A stretch of DNA of 64,000 nt from NCBI GenBank assembly GCA_977020255.1, contig CDROCS010005705.1:1-64000 (forward strand), read 5' to 3'. The notes beneath the pieces were generated by a model, which was given only the letters and a program-made list of their open reading frames with translations, did not search any database and was not told the DNA's origin. The DNA comes from Obrimoposthia wandeli. Lineage: Eukaryota. Position 1 is the stretch's first letter. Each line of letters starts with the position of its first letter. Of this stretch, positions 29,123-37,261 are shown piece by piece. A program made the position numbers and the translations under genes.

Positions 29123-29264
29123 TTTAGCTTTTTGAGACTAAGGCGAGATTAAGGTGAAGGAAAATCTAAAAATTGCGCAATCACCGCGCTGTTGCATATC
29201 GATAGGTTCTTAACTGAAAATGTTAGCAGGAAGAATTGAATGGATGATTCAACCTGCTAAAAAG

Positions 29265-30521
29265 CTACCTAGAGGCTTTTCTTTGCTCAGCACTATAAAC
29301 TAAGTAAATACCAAACCCGGCTGCGCAAATAAAACCCACCGCCAAAGGAATCGTCGTTTGGTTATAAAAACGCCCCGCTATTACAGAGAAAATAACGGAA
29401 ACTAAGCTAGAAGAAGAAGCGACAATAGAGGCGCCTAATCCCGCAATGTCCCCTAAGGTTTCCATCGCCATAGCCGTAAGATTGCCAAATAAAATGCCAA
29501 TACAACAAAAGCATAGGAAGCTAATTAACATAAACCAAAACAGTGAAGGCTGGCCGTTACTCAGGATACTGACAATGAATAACAAACTGCTAAAAGTGCC
29601 TAATGCAATTAATGCACTCATCGATAGCTTATACATACCATAGCGCATTACTAACTTGCCATTGAGAAAGGAGGACACGCCAACACCCGAAGCAAGTGCT
29701 GCGAAATAGAGCGGGAAATGCTCAACAATAGCATAAATGTCCTGAAAAATTGCTTGAGCCGTACCAATGAACAATAATAGAGCACCAAATAATATGCCCG
29801 CAGTGATGGCGTATGCCATGATAACGGGCTCTAACAGTATCTTCTTAGAAGCTTTGGATATTGCTTTAATTGAAAAAGGAATGCGCTTGTCTTTAGTTAA
29901 GGTCTCAGCTTGTCGAATAGTAAACCAGATAGCGATGCTGACAGTCATTAATAAAAAGAAAGCAAATATCATGCGCCAGCTAGCAAAAGTGATAATTAAT
30001 TGGCCAAGTGAAGGGGCTATCATCGGTACTAAAATGAAAAACATCATTATAAATGACATGATGCGTGCCATGGCCGCGCCAGTATATTGATCTCGAATTA
30101 ATGCTCTGGAAGCAATTTTCGGCCCTGATACGCCAAAACCTTGAATAGCCCTACCGATTAGCATTTCTTCAAATGTCTGTGCGTTCATGGCTATTACACA
30201 ACCAATACAAAAAATGACCATGCCTAATAAAATGGCATATTTTCTACCTTTGGTATCAGATAAAGGACCAAATACCAGTTCACCAAAGACCATCCCTAAC
30301 ACTAAAGCACTAATAACCAATTGGGTGTCTTTAACATCTACTAAAGCAAAGCTTTGGGCGATGGCGGGAAAAGCTGGCAGCATTGAATCAATAGAAAGTG
30401 CCACTAAAGAAGTGATTAAGGCAAACATCGAAATGAATTCAATAGGACCTAAGCTAGATTTATTGGCTGTTTCGTTATCTGTGGTATTCATATATATTCT
30501 TTTATTTGGTTGTGTGATCAT
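29265..30521 (-). CDS. Bcr/CflA-family MFS efflux transporter
   Basis: ALSIDSMLPAFP, GPLSDTKGRK, RAIQGFG, ALIRDQY. The start may be ATG 30491. Confidence 0.92.
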   Translation of the reverse strand: MITQPNKRIYMNTTDNETANKSSLGPIEFISMFALITSLVALSIDSMLPAFPAIAQSFALVDVKDTQLVISALVLGMVFGELVFGPLSDTKGRKYAILLGMVIFCIGCVIAMNAQTFEEMLIGRAIQGFGVSGPKIASRALIRDQYTGAAMARIMSFIMMFFILVPMIAPSLGQLIITFASWRMIFAFFLLMTVSIAIWFTIRQAETLTKDKRIPFSIKAISKASKKILLEPVIMAYAITAGILFGALLLFIGTAQAIFQDIYAIVEHFPLYFAALASGVGVSSFLNGKLVMRYGMYKLSMSALIALGTFSSLLFIVSILSNGQPSLFWFMLISFLCFCCIGILFGNLTAMAMETLGDIAGLGASIVASSSSLVSVIFSVIAGRFYNQTTIPLAVGFICAAGFGIYLVYSAEQRKASR

Positions 30522-30962
30522 TTTGAAGAAGGCACTACTTATATACAGAACCTTGTAAAACCTGAAAAGTTAAATCTATTGTCTTATCGCAGCTATGAGA
30601 TCGCCATGTCAGCCAAATATACACCATCAACAAAGATCAGATATCGATAAAAACTAAGCGAAATTATTGAAATGTAGTGCGCCATATCGAAAAGGTGCAG
30701 AACCCCCAAAAGGGTGTCTAACAGGCAAGAGTTCTATCATATTCAAAAACGAATCTTATTACTAGAAGCACAGAGCGGTTATTAGTGATCGGGCCTGTAA
30801 AACGACTATAGCTACGCTTATTCCAATAACTCATTTAAAAATAGGCATTTTTTGTAGAGGCTGATCGATAATAGAAGAGAGAAATAAATGGGAATTTCTT
30901 TTCATTAAATTTTTAACTTTGCTGTGCTAAAATTTTAGACATTAACAGATTGGAGAATTCTT

Positions 30963-31745
30963 TTGGATCAAGTAATTGAAAAGGTAGTTGCATTGGCAAG
31001 AGTGGCTGGTTCAAAAATACTGGAAGTATATCACTCAGATTTTAGCGTGAGTTTTAAGGAAGATGAAAGTCCTTTGACTCAAGCTGATTTATTAGCGCAT
31101 GAGTTAATTTGTGGTGGGCTGCAATTGATGGCTGCTGATATTCCAATTCTCAGTGAAGAATCTTCAGAGCAAGAACTATCTAATAGGCTTTGTTGGTCAC
31201 AGTACTGGTTGGTTGATCCTTTGGATGGCACTAAAGAGTTTGTATCGCGCAATGGCGAATTTACGGTCAATATTGCGCTAATTGAAAATGGCGTACCCGT
31301 GATGGGTGTAGTGTATGCCCCTACGCTAGACCTAATGTATTGGGGAAGTGCCCAAGGCGCTTTTAAGCAGCAAGGTCAGCAAGCGCCAGAGCGTATATAC
31401 GTAGCAGCCACACCAGGTAAAAACGATAGCTGGAGAGTCGTTGCCAGTAGAAACCATCTAAACGATGCCACTACTGAGTATCTAGCTCAGTTTAACAATC
31501 CTGTTATTAAAACCATGGGTAGTTCACTAAAATTTTGTTTAATTGCTGAGGGTAGTGCAGATGTATATCCACGTTTAGCGCCGACTAGTGAATGGGATAG
31601 CGCGGCAGCACAAGCAATAGTAGAAGCGGCAGGCGGTTGCGTTTTAGAGTACCCAAAGCTGAGTGTACTGCGTTATAATCGGCGTAACACATTGTTAAAC
31701 CCCAATTTCATTGTATGTGCTGAAACTCCATTGTGCTGGGTTTGA
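30963..31745 (+). CDS. cysQ: 3'(2'),5'-bisphosphate nucleotidase
   Basis: SPLTQAD, LSEES, WLVDPLDGTKEF, GSSLKFC, EWDSAAAQ. Confidence 0.93.
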   Translation: MDQVIEKVVALARVAGSKILEVYHSDFSVSFKEDESPLTQADLLAHELICGGLQLMAADIPILSEESSEQELSNRLCWSQYWLVDPLDGTKEFVSRNGEFTVNIALIENGVPVMGVVYAPTLDLMYWGSAQGAFKQQGQQAPERIYVAATPGKNDSWRVVASRNHLNDATTEYLAQFNNPVIKTMGSSLKFCLIAEGSADVYPRLAPTSEWDSAAAQAIVEAAGGCVLEYPKLSVLRYNRRNTLLNPNFIVCAETPLCWV

Positions 31746-31770
31746 AAATTAACGTCTACAGGGAACCGTT

Positions 31771-32280
31771 TTGCGAATGAATATCAAGCTCTTTAATAGA
31801 ACGTACCAAGAAGCTGCCTTTAAAAACTCCAATAAAATCGTTGCGATTACCGCTTTAGGGCTAGCGTGCATACCTTTGCAAGCGAATGCTTTTCACTGCT
31901 CAATTCTTGAGGGTAGTGGCTTCAACATACCCTCTTTTAAAACTGAAATAGCGGTGTTGAAAAATATGGATGTTAAAGGACGTCATATTAAAGTGATAGT
32001 GCCTAAACAAGGCCCAGTTCAAGAGTTTGATATAAAAGAGTACGTCAAAAATACTGAGTCGATTTCAGTGGTGAAAAAAAAGCTTAGCAAAATAGAGGGA
32101 GGCACCGTTGTCTATATAGATTTATATCCAAATGAAAAGCGTTATGAAATTCGCATGGGTCGATTAACCACCGATTTGCAGCAGGTAATCGCGCCAACGG
32201 TTTATGCTAATTTTGCCTATAATAAGCAGCATAATGAAGTGTATGATTTACAAAGTAAACTCGCTGTTTTCTGTAACTAG
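31771..32280 (+). CDS. Hypothetical, probably secreted protein
   Basis: Signal-like segment ending LQANA; two Cys, one near each end of the mature chain. Confidence 0.6.
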   Translation: MRMNIKLFNRTYQEAAFKNSNKIVAITALGLACIPLQANAFHCSILEGSGFNIPSFKTEIAVLKNMDVKGRHIKVIVPKQGPVQEFDIKEYVKNTESISVVKKKLSKIEGGTVVYIDLYPNEKRYEIRMGRLTTDLQQVIAPTVYANFAYNKQHNEVYDLQSKLAVFCN

Positions 32281-32453
32281 TTCTAGCGCGACAACTCAAG
32301 CTACATATACAACAGACGCCTATTCAAAGTGGATTTATCAAGCTATCTTTTACCTCAGCGGGTTGCATTTATCGCCCGCTTATCAGCCACTGTTGCTTTA
32401 TGTAAACTAGAAACAAGATAACTGCGTGCATCTAAATATGTTTTTAACACGTA

Positions 32454-32502
32454 TTTAATAGAGATGAATTAGGCGGAGCCTAAATCATCAGAGGGTTAAT
32501 TC
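32454..32502. repeat. REP-like hairpin element (copy 1)
   Basis: TTTAATAGAGATGAATTAGGCGGAGCCTAAATCATCAGAGGGTTAATTC; 45/49 identical to 63106-63153. Confidence 0.8.
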
Positions 32503-32512
32503 TTAGCCCCTT

Positions 32513-32623
32513 GGAGGCTGTCGCAAAAGGTAGCGAGCGATGATAAGACAAGGCAAAAATTGGCGATATAGCGGAGTTTATAGTTATAAATGAGCATTTG
32601 TTATATCGTCGTTGCGACAGCCT
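32513..32623. mobile_element. 111-bp MITE-like element (family B)
   Basis: Perfect 12-bp TIR AGGCTGTCGCAA (32515) / TTGCGACAGCCT (32612). Shares the GGAGGCTGTC terminus with family A. Confidence 0.75.
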
Positions 32624-32696
32624 AATAGTAACAACGATATTTTGAACTAAGATTATTATCCTTGCTCGATTAATAATTACCTACGTTAAGAAAGGA

Positions 32697-33149
32697 ATGG
32701 TCATGCAAAAAATATTACTCGGTTTTTTAATGCTTTTTAGCATCAGCGCATTTGCCGCTGATAAGTCATACTTCGAAAATAAAAAAGGTGCAGTCAATGG
32801 TTACGATGTGGTTGCATACTTTACTCAAAGTGCGCCGGTGAAAGGAGATAAAAAGTTTCACTATCAATGGAAAAACAATAACTGGTATTTTTCATCTGCT
32901 GAGAACTTAGCTAAGTTCCAACAATCCCCTGAAAAGTACGCACCGCAATACGGCGGCTTTTGTGCATTTGCAGCGGCTAATGATGCCCTAGCGCCTACGG
33001 TTCCAGAAGCTTGGACAATCGTTGATGGTAAACTGTATTTAAACTATAGCTTGAATGTGAAAAAGAAGTGGAGTAAAAAAATTCCTGAGTTTATTAGTGA
33101 AGCGAATGATAATTGGCCTGGCTTAAGCAAAAAGGTCGCTAATTACTAA
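32697..33149 (+). CDS. Secreted YHS-domain protein
   Basis: Signal peptide, GYDVVAYF, PEKYAPQYGGFCAF, IVDGKLYLN. Confidence 0.88.
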   Translation: MVMQKILLGFLMLFSISAFAADKSYFENKKGAVNGYDVVAYFTQSAPVKGDKKFHYQWKNNNWYFSSAENLAKFQQSPEKYAPQYGGFCAFAAANDALAPTVPEAWTIVDGKLYLNYSLNVKKKWSKKIPEFISEANDNWPGLSKKVANY

Positions 33150-33231
33150 GCTTTAATAGCTTTAATAGTTAAGAGCTTCTATAGCAGGAGCTCAATTAAT
33201 AAAATCCAATACATGTTAATACTACTAGGTT

Positions 33232-34185
33232 TTAACCGTTGCCTAAATTAATGGTAATTTCTTGCATTTTTCCAGCGCTAAATTGCTGCCACTGTATATC
33301 AATGTCTTTCATTTCCTCTTTAATCCACTGGTGAAAGTTTTTAATTTTTTTGAAATTAAAATGATTTTCAGGTGCAACTAAGTAATAGGAATAACCAGAT
33401 TGAAAATAAAAAGGGAATGGGCAAATGAGTTGTTTTTGCTTGAGTAGCTCATGAACTAAGCTAAAGCGCAGTAACGACATACCTTGTTTGCACAGTAAAG
33501 GCTCAATTAGCATAGTAGAGTCACCCACATGTAGTTTGGATGGGCGAGTATTAATAGCGATGCCCGTCTTTTCAATGAAAGGGCGCCAAGCTTGTTCTAT
33601 ATCGACGCCATCATCTGTTAGTAATGGGATATTGGCTAATTGCGGGGCTATTTCTTGATCCATATCTATCAGTTTTGGGTGACACACGGGTATTAAGTAG
33701 TCGTGATTTAATAAATGTGACTCATATCCTGGGTAATTACCTAAGCCATAACGAATGGCTAAATCGTGTTTTCCTTCGCTGAAAGACTCAATTTTTAATG
33801 ACGGGGAGATACGTAAACTTATACCTTGATTTTTTTCTTGAAAGTTAATTAATTTCGGCATTAACCAACGGCTAGCAAAAGACGGCAATGTGGTGATAGT
33901 TAATAAATCAGGATTAGGGTCGTCCCCTAAACTTTCAAATCCATCTTCAAAAGCAGCAAAACCCTTTATAACAAATGGCAATAGCGCTTTACCTTGTTCT
34001 GTTAATACCACTTCGCGGTTAAGCCGCTCAAATAACTTAACATTTAAGCCCTTTTCTAAACTTTTAATTTGTTGGCTAACAGCCGCTTGTGTAACGAATA
34101 ACTGTTCAGCGGCTATTTTAAAACTTAGCGATTGCGCTGCGTGTCGGAAGAACTTAAGTGAGGTAAGTGGAATACGTCGATTCAT
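33232..34185 (-). CDS. GcvA-type LysR regulator
   Basis: LSFKIAAEQLFVTQAAVSQQIKSLE, LPSFASRWLMPKL. Confidence 0.92.
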   Translation of the reverse strand: MNRRIPLTSLKFFRHAAQSLSFKIAAEQLFVTQAAVSQQIKSLEKGLNVKLFERLNREVVLTEQGKALLPFVIKGFAAFEDGFESLGDDPNPDLLTITTLPSFASRWLMPKLINFQEKNQGISLRISPSLKIESFSEGKHDLAIRYGLGNYPGYESHLLNHDYLIPVCHPKLIDMDQEIAPQLANIPLLTDDGVDIEQAWRPFIEKTGIAINTRPSKLHVGDSTMLIEPLLCKQGMSLLRFSLVHELLKQKQLICPFPFYFQSGYSYYLVAPENHFNFKKIKNFHQWIKEEMKDIDIQWQQFSAGKMQEITINLGNG

Positions 34186-34297
34186 GTCAGTTAATTTTTT
34201 CTTAAGTGAATTAAGTTTTTATAGTTTGTTAGTATCTGCTTATTAGCAGAAAATAGCTACATCAAAGCACAAATGAGTAAAAACTAGGAGATAGCAT

Positions 34298-34546
34298 ATG
34301 AACTACGCAAACATGGACTTAAGAAAAAATAACTTGTTATTGGATGTTGTTGATAACATTGGTAAATTATTAAACATATCGACTCTAGCGTTGAAAGAAA
34401 GCACTGAGAAGTCAGTCACTAAGCAAGTTCTTAAGGGTGAAAGCGCGATTAATGACAGTAAAGCATACTACGCTAACGCTCCCATAAGAGTAGTTCAAGT
34501 GGTCAGTATTGATCGTGAACTAGCCGCAAGTGGCAATGCATGGTAA
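34298..34546 (+). CDS. Small hypothetical protein divergent from the LysR gene
   Basis: 82-aa ORF with SD AGGAG. Confidence 0.55.
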   Translation: MNYANMDLRKNNLLLDVVDNIGKLLNISTLALKESTEKSVTKQVLKGESAINDSKAYYANAPIRVVQVVSIDRELAASGNAW

Positions 34547-34589
34547 TTATAATGAATCTCACTACATTGCTGGTGGGATTCAAAAAGTG

Positions 34590-35006
34590 TTAGTTTAACG
34601 GCTTGTCAGGGCCGTAGAGTTGCTCGCGGCTGTATTGTATTTCTAAAGGAGTGCGTAATTTTCTGGTTAACCCTTTCACTACTAAAGCATAAGAATTGTC
34701 GATCATTCTTTCAATTTCCCCTTCGGGAATACTGCTATCAAATATGATGGTATTCCAGTGTCGCTTATTCATATGGTAGCCAGGTCTCACTGCACTAAAT
34801 ATATCTCTTAACATTAGTGCTTCTTGTGGGTCGCACTTTAAATTCATAGTTGTCGATTTAGCTGTTTGACTAGGGTCTTTCATTGCACTTATGGTAGCAA
34901 ACATTTTTCCTTGGACTTTAAAGACAGCCACTTCAGTGCCAAACGGGAAATCCTCTCTCGCATCGGGCTTACTTAATAAATAGCTTCGAGCTTGTTGATA
35001 ATCCAA
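34590..35006 (-). CDS. MmcQ/YjbR family protein
   Basis: EDFPFG..VFKVQGKMFA, NLKCDP, PGYHMNKRHWNT. Confidence 0.92.
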   Translation of the reverse strand: MDYQQARSYLLSKPDAREDFPFGTEVAVFKVQGKMFATISAMKDPSQTAKSTTMNLKCDPQEALMLRDIFSAVRPGYHMNKRHWNTIIFDSSIPEGEIERMIDNSYALVVKGLTRKLRTPLEIQYSREQLYGPDKPLN

Positions 35007-35306
35007 TTCAACCCCCTATGCTTATTCTAGCTTTAATTTAGCACCGCTAAATTGTAAGAGCATGATAAATTGATAATAATTATTTAACAGTAATAATAAG
35101 CAGGATTGATAAGTACAGCAACCTTAAAGGAGGCTATAAGTGTGTATCATTCTTTTCTAGTGCGGCAGGTTTTGTTACTGTGCAGGTCTTTTATCCATAG
35201 CGTTAGTGTTTAATCAAAGATAGTTTATATACTTAAAGAGTGTGGTAGAGCTACAGGGCTTTTTTACAGGCACAGTTTTACTCAAAATATAAGGATGTAG
35301 TAAAGA

Positions 35307-36206
35307 GTGATAACATTTAAAGTGCCCGCCGAACTCGTTTTGGTGCTAGTGACCATTATTGCTGCAAGTGGCTGGATATTATCAAAAGAGGCGATGGCGG
35401 GGATGCCGCCGCTCTACTTTTTAGGCACACGCTTTTTATTGGCAGGTATAGCGTTGCTGATTTTTTGCTATCGACAATGGCACCTATTAGCAGAATTTAA
35501 AGTTGTCCTTAAGGTAATGGCCTTAGGCCTGTTAATGACCTTGGCTTTATTGAGCTGGGTTTTTGGTTTGAATCAAATTGAGCACCTTGGTGAGGGGGCT
35601 TTTATTAATAGCTTAGGTATTATTTTCATTCCCGTGATTGCCCGAGTTCTGTTTGCTGAAAAGGTTTCTCTCGCGCATTGGTTATCTTTACCTGTTGCCA
35701 TTATCGGATTGGTGCTGCTTAGCTTAGAGTCAAGCTTTACACTGCAATCAGGTCAGCTCTATTTCTTTGTATCAAGTGTGTTGTTCGCTTTGCATTTTAC
35801 CCTAGTTTCAAGATTGGCAGCTAAAGTACCTGCTTCATTGATTGCGGGTGCGCAGTTAACGATTGTTGGTGTCATAGGCTTAATATTGTCAGGGCTCAGT
35901 GAGTCGTGGCCGCAGCAGGTAAGTGATGCAGTGCTTGGCTGGTTTCTAGCCAGTGCTTTAATCGCCACTAGCTTAAGATTCAGTTTGCAAACTTATGCAC
36001 AAGGACAAGCACCGGCCAGTCATGTGGCTTTGATTATGATTCTGGAGCCTGTATGGGCAGCTATATTTGCAAGCTATTGGTTTACAGAACACATGAGCTT
36101 GGCGCAGTTTTTCGGCTGCTTCCTAATATTTTTAGCGATGATCATTAGTCGTTGGCAATGGTGCCGAAAAGTAATTTCGGCGATGCGTTCTAATAAACCA
36201 GTTTAA
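35307..36206 (+). CDS. EamA/DMT transporter
   Basis: Ten TM segments in two EamA repeats; LEPVWAA. Confidence 0.9.
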   Translation: MITFKVPAELVLVLVTIIAASGWILSKEAMAGMPPLYFLGTRFLLAGIALLIFCYRQWHLLAEFKVVLKVMALGLLMTLALLSWVFGLNQIEHLGEGAFINSLGIIFIPVIARVLFAEKVSLAHWLSLPVAIIGLVLLSLESSFTLQSGQLYFFVSSVLFALHFTLVSRLAAKVPASLIAGAQLTIVGVIGLILSGLSESWPQQVSDAVLGWFLASALIATSLRFSLQTYAQGQAPASHVALIMILEPVWAAIFASYWFTEHMSLAQFFGCFLIFLAMIISRWQWCRKVISAMRSNKPV

Positions 36207-36239
36207 GTATAGCGCTATGTAAAATTTAGGATCTACCGT

Positions 36240-37133
36240 CTAGCGCTTTAAATTGGTTTCCTCTAGTAACCAGTCCGCAAAATAACGCGCACTTTGGCTG
36301 AGTGCTTTTCCGCTTTGATAGCATAAGTAATAACTACTTTTGGTTTTTAAGGTGGTAGTAAAAGGAGAGGTGAGTTGTTGAGCAATCACGCCGTGTTTTA
36401 CTAGCTCATCATATAGTAGGCAGATACCCATATCATTAGCGGCCATGTTGGCAGCTATAGCGTAACTATCTATGTAGTGTATTGAGCTGGCTTGTTCTAT
36501 ATTTATTGCTTGTTGATCACACCATGCTTGCCACCCTTTAGGCGTGCCAAATACATCTAGTAATGCAAAATGCAAAACATCTTGTGTATTGCGCAGCTTT
36601 TTTGCATTTTCTATGCTGCAATACACACGCAGTTCTGGCGTCACTAATAACTGCGAATGAAACCCTTCCCAATGGCCTGTGCCGTAGCGAATTTCCAGCT
36701 CAGCTGTTGACGTTTTAAAATCACTTGACCAATTAGTACCTTGCTGGCGCACAGATATCTGCGGAAATAACACATTAAAGCGGCGCATGTGGGTAGAAAG
36801 CCAAAGTATGCTAAAGGCGCTGTTGACACTGATATCAATAATGGCGCTTTCACGCGGCGAGAATATTTGTGCCGCACCTCTATTGAGCTGATGAAAGCTC
36901 TCGTTTATTAAGGGTAGGAAAGCTTTGCCTGCATCCGTTAGATAAATACTGCGTTTTTGGCGAGTGAATAAACGTTGCCCTAGGCGATGCTCTAATAGCT
37001 GAATTTGTTGGCTCACTGCCGATTGGCTCATGTTCAGCTCACGCGCTGCCACCGTAAAACTCAAATATTTTCCCACTGCTTCAAAAGTACGTAACCAGTT
37101 TAACTGGATGTTAGATGTTAGTAGTTTATCCAT
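36240..37133 (-). CDS. GcvA-type LysR regulator
   Basis: LSFTVAARELNMSQSAVSQQIQLLE; divergent from the GcvT-family oxidoreductase. Confidence 0.92.
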   Translation of the reverse strand: MDKLLTSNIQLNWLRTFEAVGKYLSFTVAARELNMSQSAVSQQIQLLEHRLGQRLFTRQKRSIYLTDAGKAFLPLINESFHQLNRGAAQIFSPRESAIIDISVNSAFSILWLSTHMRRFNVLFPQISVRQQGTNWSSDFKTSTAELEIRYGTGHWEGFHSQLLVTPELRVYCSIENAKKLRNTQDVLHFALLDVFGTPKGWQAWCDQQAINIEQASSIHYIDSYAIAANMAANDMGICLLYDELVKHGVIAQQLTSPFTTTLKTKSSYYLCYQSGKALSQSARYFADWLLEETNLKR

Positions 37134-37261
37134 AAGTACAGCTTATTGAATACCAAGTTTTAAATCGTTTGATTGATGTATGGATACTATTTAGCATGAA
37201 ATGAATCAGTCAACAAGCAATCTAAGGTATTAGTGTTGCAAGTAATGGGAATAATAAAATA

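Noticed and set aside
30560-30960. Possible gene remnant between the MFS gene and cysQ
   Set aside because: Only short frames were found by hand and I recognised no family motif.
32204-32410. 68-aa ORF overlapping the end of 31771-32280
   Set aside because: It overlaps another ORF, has no RBS and has no recognisable motif.
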